Below, piece after piece: positions 27,727-41,226 of a stretch of 64,000 nt of DNA. Numbering within the stretch: position 1 is the first letter of the stretch; every line of letters starts with the position of its first letter. Under the pieces are notes generated by a model. That model made no database searches and was not told the origin of the DNA. It saw only the letters and a program-made list of their open reading frames with translations. This stretch comes from Octopus sinensis (Eukaryota), in NCBI RefSeq assembly GCF_006345805.1, contig NC_043004.1, forward strand, positions 101,928,001 through 101,992,000, in the 5' to 3' direction. Both the position numbers and the translations under genes were made by a program.

Positions 27727-30700
27727 ATATATATATATATATGTATATGTATATGGTCTAGTTTAGATTGCCTGACGAACTCAGATTTTACCTGCTTTGC
27801 CCCAAGTATATATTGGTTATCAAATAATAATTATTATCGACGATGTCGTCCCCTTTTAGCTATGCTAGTCAAAATTTCCTCACAGCGCTTTATTCCCACG
27901 TGTTCCTCGACCACCTCTCTCCACCCCTCTCTAACTAACCCTATCTCTCTCCCTATGTTTCTCTATGCCCCCCCCTTTCCATAACCATCATCGCCATATA
28001 TAAAAGAGCGATCGCATTATCGTTAACCCCACTCGCTTCCAAATATCTAAAGAAGAAATATGCACAGATCATGAATGGTTAAAGCTAAGTGATTCTTCTT
28101 TCAGCCTCGCTTCCACTACCTTCTATCTTTGCACGTATCATCATTATTCTTTCACTATTCTTCGATTACTCTCTCATTATATTGTTTCTCTTTCTATCAG
28201 TATTCTCTCATTACCCTGTCTAGCTCAAATATTTTTTTCGTCTAGTCTTGTCTCCCGGTTCATAGCCACTTATCTTTCCCATAAAAATTCTCATTTTCTC
28301 TGATTTTTCAAACCTACTTTCTTGCTCACACGATTAACAGAACCTCTTTCTATGTTTGGTGCACCCGCCCTCCCACCCCCTCCACACATGCCGGAAGTTC
28401 CTATTCTTTGCCATCCCGGGGTTGCTTCCCATGAAGACTGCAATTGCTCTTTCATCATCCCTGCCCCTAGTCTCGACCTATGTAAGGTAATGTTCATACA
28501 GTGCAAAATATGAAAGGCTAGTGTTATGCAGGTTGTACTGAAGGCTACTTTATTACTTGCACATGAATTCTGCCAAATGCGAGCTTTCTTTTCAGGTACA
28601 CGAAGCTACTGTCCACCGTCCCAGGGTCTCTAGGGCCCATGCCTCCCGCACCCTCAGGTTGGCACCCTCAACGTTGGCACACTGAAAGGTAGGTCTGGTG
28701 AGATAGTCGAGATGCTTGAACGGAGATGTGTGGATATATGTTGCATGCAAGAAATAAGGTGAAGAGGAGGATCTGCTAGGTTCCTCACAGGCAAGGAACG
28801 CAGGTACAAGATTTTCTGGGCAGGGAACACTGACGGGGTTGGTGGCGTGGGTATACTTATCGCTGAGAAATGGGTAGATAAAGTAATTGAGGTAATCAGA
28901 GTATGTGACAGAATACTTAAGATTAGATTAGTGCTTCATCATAGTTTAGCAACCATTATATCAGCCTATGCTCCTCAGTGGGGGCTGCCCGATGGACAGA
29001 AAGACCGATTCTATGACACTCTACTGCAGACTACCTCGTTGACGAACGACAGAGACCTTCTCTTCGTGGCCGGTGACTTCAAGGGTCACGTTGGACGACA
29101 TGCTGGGGGCTTCCATGGCGTACATGGAGGCTATGGCTATGGTTCCCGCAACGAGGAGGGAACCAGGCTGCTGGAGTTCTGCGATGCAAATAATCTCATG
29201 ATTTGCAACACTAACTTCAGGAAACCTACCAGCCACCTAGTCACCTACCGATCGGGCCAACATACCAGCCAAATTGACTACATCTTTGCCAGGCAAAGGG
29301 AGAGATGGCTGCTTATAAATGCCAAAACATTTCCAGGCGAAGAATGTACCCCACAACATAGACTGGTAGTTAGTGACTTTAGGATCAGGACTAGGAGGAC
29401 AACCAGAAGACGACCAACATGGAGAAGAAGGATCTGGAAGCTTAAAGATCCTGCAAATGGACAGAGATTTAGGGACATATTACTTGAAGCCTTTGATGAA
29501 GTAGAAGGGGATAGAGCATCACAGGGGGTAGAAGACAACTGGACGTTTCTAAGGGACAACCTGCTGAGAGCCACTGACCAGATCTGTGGCTGGTGCAAAG
29601 TCCCCTCTCGACCTAGAATAACGTGGTGGTGGAACAATGTTGTAGACAGGGCTATTAGAGAAAAGAGACAGGCTTGGAAGGACTGGAAAAATGGGGGTAG
29701 CAGGGAATTGTATCAGACTGCCAAAAGAGAAGCTAGGAGACAGGTTTATTTAGCCAGAGGGGAAGCAGATAAGAAAAAATTTGCCAATGTTCTGCGCCGT
29801 GAGGACCAAAGACTGGAGGTGTTTCGCGTTGCAAGACAGTGTGTGAGAGAGAATCGTGATGTGGTAGGAGAGAAGTGTGTTCGCATGGAAGATGGTTCAC
29901 TTGCGCTAAATGAGGATGCAAAGAGAGAGGTTTGGAGACGCCACTATGAAAGGTTACTGAATAAAGAAAATGAATGGGATAAAGAGAGTCTGCCGAATGT
30001 TGACCCAACAGAGGGACCAGCTATCCGAGTTGATAGTTCCTTGGTAGTTAAGGCAATTAGAAGCATGAAGACAGGGAAAGCCCCAGGCCCATCAGGAATC
30101 ACTGCAGAGATGCTCAAAATGTCTGGTAGTGTCGGCTATAGCCTAGTCACCCGTATAGTTAATCAGGTGATACACAAAGGAGTCATACCCAATGGTGTAG
30201 CAGCATAATAGTCAACTGCTACAAAGGTAAAGGTGACGCCCTAGATACAAATAATTACAGAGGTATCAAGCTGTTGGATCAGGTGATGAAGGTTACGGAG
30301 AGGGTCATAGCCCAACTAATTAGAGAGAGAGTTTGTTTAGATGAGATGCAGTTTGGGTTCGTGCCAGGGAAAAGTACCACTGATGCTATATTCCTGGTAA
30401 GGCAGCTGCAGGAGAAATACCTAGCCAAAGATAAGCCTCTGTACCTGGCTTTTGTTGACATGGAGGAAGCCTTCGACAGGGTCCCCCGATCCCTTATCTG
30501 GTGGTCAATGAGGAAACTAGGGATAGATGAATGGTTAGTGAGAGCTGTGCGAGCCATGTACAGAGACGCTGCTAGTAAGGTGAGGGTTGGCAACGAGTAC
30601 AGTGAAGAATTCCGGGTAGAGGTTGGGGTCCACCAAGGTTCAGTCCTCAGTCCCCTCCTATTTATCATAGTCCTCCAGGCAATAACGGAGGAATTCAAGA

Positions 30701-32583
30701 CAGGATGCCCTTGGGAGCTCCTCTGTGATGACCTTGCTCTAATTGCTGAGTCACTATCAGAACTGGAGGAGAAGTTTCAGGTGTGGAAACAAGGATTAGA
30801 ATCGAAGGGCCTTAGAGTCAACCTAGCTAAAACCAAAGTCGTAATCAGTAGGAAGGTAGACAAATCACAAACGCCTTCAGGTAGATGGCCCTGCTCGATC
30901 TGTAGAAAAGGTGTAGGTAGAAACTCTATAAGATGCACCAAGTGTAAGCTATGGACACATAAGAGGTGCAGCAATGTCAAAGGAAGGCTAACTAGGAAGA
31001 TGGTTTTTGTATGTGGCAGATGCTCAGGAACAATAAACACTGAAAATGCTCTGAGACCAACTTCCGTCACTTTCCAGGGAGAAAAACTAGAAATAGTTGA
31101 TAGCCTCCGTTACCTAGGTGACCAAGTCAGCAGTGGGGGCGGGTGTACTGAAAGTGTAACTGCTAGAGTAAGAATAGCTTGGGCAAAGTTCAGAGAGCTC
31201 TTACCCCTGCTGGTGACAAAAGGCCTCTCGCACAGAGTAAAAGGCAGACTGTATGATGCGTGTGTACGAACAGCCATGCTACATGGCAGTGAAACATGGG
31301 CCGTGACTGCTGAGGATATGCGTAAGCTCGCAAGAAATGAAGCCAGTATGCTCCGATGGATGTGTAATGTCAGTACTCATACTCGACAGAGTGTAAGTAC
31401 CTTGAGAGAAAAGCTGGACCTAAGAAGCATCAGTTGTGGTGTGCAAGAGAGACGTTTGCGCTGGTATGGGCATGTGGCGAGAATGGATGAAGATAGTTGT
31501 GTGAAAAAGTGCCACACCCTAGCGGTTGAGGGAACCTGTGGAAGAGGCAGACCCAGGAAAACCTGGGACGAGGTGGTGAAGCACGACCTTCGAACTTTAG
31601 GTCTCACTGAGGAAATGACTAGAGACCGAGACCTCTGGAAGTGTGCTGTGCGCGAGAAGACCCGGCAGGACAAGTGAGACCATAACCCGTGGCCTTCTAC
31701 ATGAGATGGAGCCAGCCTACGTATGCATACCTTCCCTTCTTGGGACACAAAACTCTACTTGTGAAGACCTGTTGAGGCAAGTGAGGATCAGAATCGAAAT
31801 CGATCAATGGAAATTGCAGCTGAGTTACCAGTGCCGGTGGCACGTAAGAGAACCATCCGTTCGTGACCGTTGCTAGCGCCGCCCCGACTGGCCTCGTGCC
31901 GGTGGCACGTAAAAAGCACCATCCGTTCGTGTCCGTTGCCAGCCTCGCCTGGCCCCCGTGCCGGTGGCACGTAAAAGCACCATCCGTTCGTGGCCGTTTG
32001 CCAGCTCTGTCTGGCACCTGTGCGGGTGGCACGTAAAAAGCACCCGCTACACTCACGGAGTGGTTGGCGTTAGGAAGGGCATCCAGCCGTAGAAACACTG
32101 CCAGATCTGACTGGGCCTGATGAAGCCTTCCGGTTTTACAGACCCCAGTTGAACCGTCCAACCCATGCTAGCATGGAAAACGGACGCTAAATGATGATGA
32201 TGATGATGATGTATGTATGTATGTATATATATATGTACATACATATATATATACATACATATATATATATACTTACATATATATATGTACTTACATACAT
32301 TATATATACTTACATACATACATATATACTTACATACATACATATATACTTACATACATACATATATATATATACTTACATACATATATACTTACATACA
32401 TACATATATATATACTTACATACATACATATATACTTACATACATACAGATATATATACTTACATACATACATATATATATACTTACATACATATATATA
32501 TACTTACTTACATACATATATACTTACATACATACATATATATATACTTACATACATACATACATACTTACATCCATCCATAC

Positions 32584-32617
<34 letters not shown>

Positions 32618-33350
32618 TTTGTCGGGTTTGTTCTGAGTCTGCGCAGTGTTTTGAATAGTTTAGAGAGAGCATTTCGATAGACGCACATGGGTCTATTGAT
32701 ATGGTCTTCCCATCATTAACAGGAATCTTACTGAAGAGCCAGCCTGAGTAAATAAATACTATTTTTATTACTGAATTTGGCGAAACTGCAGTATAAGAAA
32801 TTAAGTTTGTAAAATTTTTAATTTTCATCTCACTAAATTTATCCAGCTATTGTGTATCTAGTGCACTCTTCGCCTTGAATGTAATGATATATGTATAATA
32901 TATGGCGTGTACTGGTACACCGGCGATTATAATTAATTTTATTGTATCGCATTTATCTTTTTACATATTCTCTCGATAAATTTCTGACCGTTAGACGATA
33001 TACCACAATCCCCTATTTTGTCGGGTTTGTTCTGAGTCTGCGCAGTGTTTTGAATAGTTTAGAGAGCATTTCGATAGACGCACATGGGTCTATTGATATG
33101 GTCTTCCCATCATTAACAGGAATCTTACTGAAGAGCCAGCCTGAGTAAATAAATACTATTTTTATTACTGAATTTGGCGAAACTGCAGTATAAGAAAAGT
33201 TAAGTTTGTAAAAGTTTTTAATTTTCATCTCACTAAATTATCCAGCTATTGTGTATAGTGCACTCTTCGCCTTGAATGTAATGATATATGTAATATATGG
33301 CGTGTACTGGTACACCGGCGATTATAATTATTTTATTGTATCGCATTATC

Positions 33351-33421
<71 letters not shown>

Positions 33422-33594
33422 TTCTGTCCGTTTAGGTATTTCTTTTCCCCATATAGTGAAAGGTAAATGGTTTTAGGGAGGCAATACTAAACGTGCACAA
33501 ACCTATGACGAACTGCATACATGTAAGCATATATACATACGCATAGACATGCCTATATATATGTGTGTGTGTGTGTGTCTACATATATACATGT

Positions 33595-33640
<46 letters not shown>

Positions 33641-36600
33641 TTGCACATACATATATGCAAACATACACGCACAGTCACATACACGCATATACCGTCTTAT
33701 GTACACACACACACACACACACACACACCTGTATAAAGACACACATACGAATATCTACATGCTCACGTGTATGCGCTCATACCCATGCATGCATACATGT
33801 ATATTTATACACATACAGAAATATGCTCATACACGTATAGACACAGACATGTATGCGTCCATTCTTACACATACCTATGTGTTTTTGGAAGCACTCCGTC
33901 GGTTACGACGACGAGGGTTCCACTTGATCCGAATCAACGGAACAGCCTGCTCGTGAAATTAACGTGTAAGTGGCTGAGCACTCCACAGAACGTGCACCCT
34001 TAACGTAGTTCTCGGGAATATTCAGCGGGGACACAGAAAGTGACAAGGCCGGCCCTTTGAAATACAGGTACAACATAAACAGGAAGTAAGAGTGAGAGAA
34101 AGTTGTGGTGAAAGAGTACAGCAGGGATCACCACCATCCCCTGCCGGAGCCTCGTGGAGCTTTTTAGGTGTTTTCGCTCAATAAACACTCACAACGCTCG
34201 GTCTGGGAATCGAAACCGCTATCTTATGACCGCGAGTCCGCTGCCCTAACCACTGGGCCATTGCGCCTTCACCTATGTGTACATAGATATAGATCTATGT
34301 ACCTTCATATCTCATAATTAATTACCTGCGTATGCGTACATGTACATAAGTATGAGGAAAAAAGGTATCTTATGTAGTTTTGTGTAGGCTCGTGTATACC
34401 TTACGTTCGTGTTAGCAGTGCAGTTTTCTCACTTTTAAGTTTACCTCTATAGATTTTCTATAGAATTGAGAGCCAGCACACCAAGTTACGACGTTCCGTA
34501 TACGAAACATCGTAACTTACAGTAGTGGCTGTGAATTCACTGTTACTACAATTAGTTGTACAGTCAGTCATATTAAATATAGGCTTCAAATGTTGGCACA
34601 AGGCCAGTAATTGCAGGGAAAGTGTTAAGTTGGTACTTATTTTTTCGACTCCGAATGGATGAAAGGCAAAGTCGACCATGGTGGAATTTGAACTCAGAAC
34701 GTAAAAGTTGACGAAAAGCTGCTAATTATTTTGCCCGGCGTAATAATAATTCTTTCAGCTCGCTGCCTTAGCCACGATAATTATTGAGGCATTATGAAAT
34801 GTCCTGTGATTTATTCTCAGCTTTATGACTAACATCTACCATACTGCTTCTTTATAAAATTTGTCTGACCTACTCTGACGAGTGCAGCGATCTTCACTAT
34901 GGATTTAGTTGACGGCCTTATTTTCCCTGGCAGCTTTTCCAACGAAATTACAAAACGATCTAAAGTTACCGAACTATGTAGAACGATTTTGTTTTGCTTT
35001 ATCAGATACGTCCACTGGCATAGCATCATGGAGAGTGCTTCTGTTTTCAGGCCTCATGTTCAGGTTATTCTTATTTCCATATCTTTGTATTTTGATAGTT
35101 CTTTATAGGTACATTGTCATCTGTTGGGATTGATATTTAATTAGGAAGCATTTGTTTTGTGGTACTTTTAGAATCGTTAGCGCATTGGACAAAATACTTA
35201 ACAACATTTCTTCTGATAAATATTGGTAAAATAATTAGCGTCTTTATGTTCTGAGTTCAAATTCTGCTGCGATTGACTTTGCCTTTCATCCCTTCGGGGA
35301 AGATAAAATAAGTACTACTTCAGCTTTGATGACGAGGTAATCGACTAGCTACCCTCTCGAAAATTTCATACCCTGTATCTATAGTAGAAATATTGAAGTT
35401 GACTTTGTTTTTTTATCTTGTTAGAGTCGATTAAATAAGTACTATTCAAGTTTTGGGGTTGTTGTAATTGACTTACCACCACCGAAATTGGTGGGTGCGA
35501 GCTAACTCAGAATGCCCTTCCTCATACATTATTGCCTTACCCAATCTTAGAGATCATAAATCACTATAAAGATATTATAAACCAAATTTTTAGTAAAATA
35601 ATTGAATTTAAAAATCATAAAAGATGAATTACTTACATAAGTAAAATTTCTGATGTTTGTAGAATCATACACGCATTCCACTTTCAATATATCTCCCTGG
35701 AAACAGAAATGTTGCATTAGGAAACAGAAAATTAGATGGTCTCGGTGACGGTTGGTAAAGTGAGACGGAAGAGAAAATTAACAAAAAGCTAAGCACATTG
35801 TTAGGCTGAAAAGCCCTTAATATATTTTAGCAAGAAAGGAAAAAAGAAGATACTATTGTTCTAGGTAAGAGTATACTACGGTCATACTTTCGTGTTCTAA
35901 TATGGCCCCTTGTCCATTCCCATGTTGTTGTCTGTACTGTAATACTCTTGTCACTACTATTATGTTGTGGTGGGATTCCGCTTCTTATTATCTTTGTCTC
36001 GTCTATCGTACGTTGATAGCTCCGCAAGACAATGACTTTGTAACGTCTACCTTAACGGTAACTCGAACTTGTATATATCACGTAGTTGACACTGACGCCA
36101 ACTGAAAACTCGTACAACGATTCTACTGCTACTGACCTCTCAAAGATTTCTCCATCGGCACAGAGACTTGGGAGACACTTGCTGCCGACCGCTCATCCTG
36201 GCGCAGCGCAATCACCATAGGAGCAGGGACAGCCGAGGAGGGACGGATTCGGTCAGCAGAGCAGAAACGCCAGATGCGGAAAGCCAGAGCCGCCTGCACC
36301 AGTAGCACGGCCCCTACCCACTTCTGCCCCACCTGTGGGAGGGGCTTCCTTGCCCGGATTGGCCTCACCAGCCACCTCCGGTCTCATAGCGGCAGTTCCA
36401 CCAGATGATGTCAGTGGTCATCTTCGAACCCGAAGGACGAACATTATTATTACTGACCTCATACAACGACTGACTGGGAAGGAGTGTACCATTTTCGCTA
36501 CACCATCTCCCCTTTTAGTATCTTTGGGAAGCAAGTGATTACATTTTATTTTATTCACCCCACCTTCCTTTTTTCAACTTAATTTTTGTTTTGGCGTCTA

Positions 36601-39600
36601 TTTGTAGGAACTCTGTGCTCTTCTTTTTTCTTCCACTTGTACGCGTGGGTTCAACCACCTGTAACGGTGTTGATACCTGGAATGTGTCATACAGCCATTC
36701 TACAGGTTCTTCCAATCTGCCTAGTTCATTTTCTATGAATATCTTCTTCAATTGGTTTCTGTGTCTGTTTCAATACCTTTTGTGCTTTCAATTCCGAAGT
36801 GTGTAAGCGACAAGTCTGAAGTTAACAATGCTTTTTAATTCCTCAAATACCTTCTGGCATTTTTCTGACCCAAACCATTTGGCATCCTCATTTAACAGCT
36901 CCTTAAGTGGAGTCCTTGTGTTGTGTATGTTAGGGATATATACTTGATATTGGTTTACCAAGCCTAGGAATGCTTGTAACAATTTGACGTTCCTTGGGAG
37001 AGGTATATTCCGTATTTCCGTCGTCCTTGTTGGGTCTCGCCTTCCTCCCCTTTCGTCAATTACTAGACCCAAATATATGATTTTTTTTTCATTAAAAATC
37101 ACACTTTTCCTCTGTTACTCTAAACCCGTATTCATTTATTTTTCCGAATACTTTTTAAATATATTCGAAGTGTTGCTCCACTGACTCGCTCTTTATCAAA
37201 ATATCATCGAGATAAGCAATAGCGAAGTAGCAACCATTTAACATTGCGTCCATCACTTGTTGGAATATGGCAGGTGCCACTTTTACTCCAAAAGGAAGCC
37301 ACTTGAATTTATACAATCCACGGTGTGTGTTGATTTTTAAAATATGTGCGCACTTTTCTTCTACCTGTATGTGTAGATATGCCTCTGAGAGGTCTAACTT
37401 CGGGAAAATCGTTCCTCTATTTAGTTTTGAGAACTCTTCCTCTGGACTTGGTAATGGATAATTGTGTTCGAGTAAGCAGTCGATTAATCCAGTTGAAAAG
37501 TCCGCACACACTCTTTGTTTATTATTTTTTTCTTTACATAAACCGTCGGAGCTGCCCAGTCTGAATGGTCGACTTTTTCAATTATAGCTAAACCTAGTCT
37601 TTCTAGCTCTTTATTGACCTCATCAAACGCTGCAAACGGCACATTGACTTTTCTTTTATCACGATTTAAATTTTTTGTCTCAGTTGTTCGACTTCGTTCG
37701 AACTTTTAACCGTGCCGACTACATTTTCACAGGGAACACTAATGGGAGTATCCCACATCTGAAATAACTCCACGCATTCTATACCAAATAGGTTTAGTGA
37801 TTGTTTTCAACACATAAAAGATTGTCCATTTCGTTTCACCTCGAAAAGTTGCATTGCAAATACATTCGCCAATGAAATATACTTTCTTTCCTGTAACACC
37901 AAATGTTACTTTATTTGATTTAAATAATTTCGGCTTACCGATTTGTTGCTATGTTTCTTCATCAATGATAGTGATGTCACTACCCGTGTCTAATTACATT
38001 TTTCATTTCTTATCTTGGTGAATTTCCTGTTCGTTGTACCTACTTGTTTTTCCCTGATGACAAACTATTTACTTTTTCTCGTTTGGTCCAATTTTGCATC
38101 ATCTTAATTCTGCAGCGCGATTTAATGTGTCCCGTGTTCCCACAACGAAAACAATTTCCCTTTTTTGAACGGACGCTTTTTTCTCAGGTGCCTACCACAT
38201 GGGTTTATCTCCTGATATTTATAGTGTTTTTTGCGAAACACCTTATCCGTCTTCCGATTTTTCCGCACTGGTTTTATCTGCAAACAATCTCTGCCTTGGA
38301 TTTCTTGTGTCGTCGTGCCTTACTTTTAATATCGTGGAGGCGCAATGGCCCAGTGGTTAGGGCAGCGGACTCGCGGTCATAGGATCGCGGTTTCGATTCC
38401 CAGACCGGGCGTTGTGAGTGTTTATTGGGCGAAAACACCTAAAGCTCCACGAGGCTCAGGCAGGGGATGGTGGTGATCCCTGCTGTACTCTTTCACCACA
38501 ACTTTCTCTCACTCTTACTTCCTGTTTATGTTGTACCTGTACTTCAAAGGGCCGGCCTTGTCACTCTGTGTCACGCTGAATATCCTCGAGAACTACGTTA
38601 AGGGTACACGTGTCTGTGGAATGCTCAGCCACTTACACGTTAATTTCACGAGCAGACTGTTCCGTTGATTCGGATCAACCGGAAACCTCGTCGTCGTAAC
38701 CGACGGAGTGCTTCCACACTTTTAATATCTTATCGCAATCTTCTGACAGTTTCTGGAGAGTTATATCCTGGTTCATTTCCAGCTTGGCGTGAATTTTCGT
38801 TCTGACTTCTGCGTCTTTTTTAGCCGGGAGTCCCTGGACCAAAATTAGGCACTTGAAAGAGTCTGGAATTAGTTTATCCAGTTGAAATCTCTCGCACACT
38901 TTGTTCACTTTGACCGCATATGTGGTAAAATCTTCGTCATCGCTTGGCCCAGGAAATCGAAACCACGATCTTAAGATCTCGAGTGCAGCACCCTGACCCC
39001 TAGATCACGTGCTAATTACTTCTTAGCTTCTTAAAGGAAACATTGAGTAATATAGGCTCGATCATCCTATGTCTAAACAAAAGTGGGGATAGTCATGGTT
39101 GAAATCGGTTTGATGAATGTCTATTGGGTCAGGGCTGATACAGGACTAAACTATAACTATATTCGATTTCATTTTCGGCAGTACCACAAGTATATGGCAT
39201 TGAGAAACCGCAAAAATTGTGAAATCCCTATGTCGCTCTCGCAGACACTTCTGAGGTGATTTTGTTTCGCAGAGCTCTGATGTATACTGTGGGTTTTTTT
39301 ATCCCAATACGTTTATAGGGAGACTTTCTCTGGACGAAAACCACAGCCTTTGCTTTGGCAAAGACACACATGTTATATTGTGAAAGTATTTGCTATAGAG
39401 CTTCTTCTATTACATATTTCGAATTTTATTCTGCTTTTGCAGCACCTTTGCAAATCATTCTATAGTTCATGCATTATTGCTGTATACTTCAGACTGGTGG
39501 ATTCCATAAGTGAGACGAGCATATGACATCGAGAAGCCACATCAACGGCAAAATACGTATTTGTGGCTCTCGCGCTGAATTTTGGCGGTGATTTCATTTT

Positions 39601-40048
39601 GCAAGACGAAAACCGTAGCTTCTTTTCAATGACACACATACGTTCAGTATGTTATATTAATAAAATGTTTACCATTTATTTGTTTCTGTTTCATAACTCG
39701 AATTATGAATTATATTCTGCGTATGCAGCGCCTCTGGAAACCATTGTATAGTTTATACACAATCTCTATATATTTCAGACTGGTTAATTCTATATCATTT
39801 TAGAAGTGACACAAGCACATTGCATTGGAGAACTGCAATAACGGCGAAATTCGTATCTGTCGCTCTTACGATTACTTCTGGGGCAATTTCATTTCGCTGA
39901 GATCTGAAGAAGAGTGCCATAATACGTCTATAATATGATTTTCCCGGGCCAAAACCTCAGCTTCTATCTTTCCAACGACGCACATACGTTCAGTACGTAA
40001 TATTGCTAAAATTTATATGTGTATGTTCGCACTTGCGCACGAAAGAAG

Positions 40049-40120
<72 letters not shown>

Positions 40121-40841
40121 GATCAACACTCTTCAAGGTAATTTTTTGTTTACTGCCCAGATCCTTCCTGAAGGAATGCATTTAAAACAGATCCAACGAA
40201 TGGGACCATTCGATCTACACCAACTATATTAACAGAGTGTTCATTCTGTTTTAAGATGGTTGTGTGTAATTTGAGGGAGATTTGACTATGGCTCTGCAAG
40301 TCTAAGCAACCATGTAGACGCTTCCCTGCTAAGAGTTGTGACAGAAAATATTTCTTACCATTAAAACAGTAACTGGGCGATGAAGAAATTTCATTTCCTG
40401 GTAATTGAAATCATAACTTGAATCTTGGACGATAGGTGGTAGTATTGTGCCGTTCCGATAATGGTGAAGAGCCATTTGCCGGCCAAGTAGATGAGAATGA
40501 AGAAGCACTCCGAATATTTTGATTCCCGGTATTTTCCATCGCCTTGGAAAACTCGATCTTCTCTTTGAAATGGACAAGAAAATATAAATAGATTAATGTC
40601 AAATCACAGTGTGGTACATTGTGCATATCGATACATTGGGAAAAATTCCACTTACTAAATGTTGCTGGCAGTTGGGCAGGCAGTAACCGAAGTACCTGAA
40701 GTTACGCACGAATGGTGGAATGAGTTGTGAAAACTGAGACTTCTTGGCATCGACGTAATATCCTATCTCAACCATAGCTGCATCGTATTTTCTATGTGCT
40801 GGGGTCAGAATCATTTCTATGCCGGAAGAATCGAAATGGCC

Positions 40842-40876
<35 letters not shown>

Positions 40877-40902
40877 TAATAATAATAATAATGATAATAA
40901 TG

Positions 40903-40954
<52 letters not shown>

Positions 40955-41185
40955 TGATGATGATAATAATGATGATAATAATAATAATGATGATAATAAT
41001 AATAATAACAATATTAATAATAATAATAATAATAATAAAAGCTGGTGGATACATAAGGTTGCAGATGGTAACTTGCTACCCACACAAATCCTTCAGGAAT
41101 AAGACTAAACCTGAGTCAAATCAATAATAATAATAATAATAATAACAATAACAATAATAATAATAATAATAACAATAACAATAAC

Positions 41186-41226
<41 letters not shown>

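Noticed and set aside
34829-35133. Short overlapping ORFs near the 60-nt exon
   Set aside because: No homology and no phase-compatible splice sites found.
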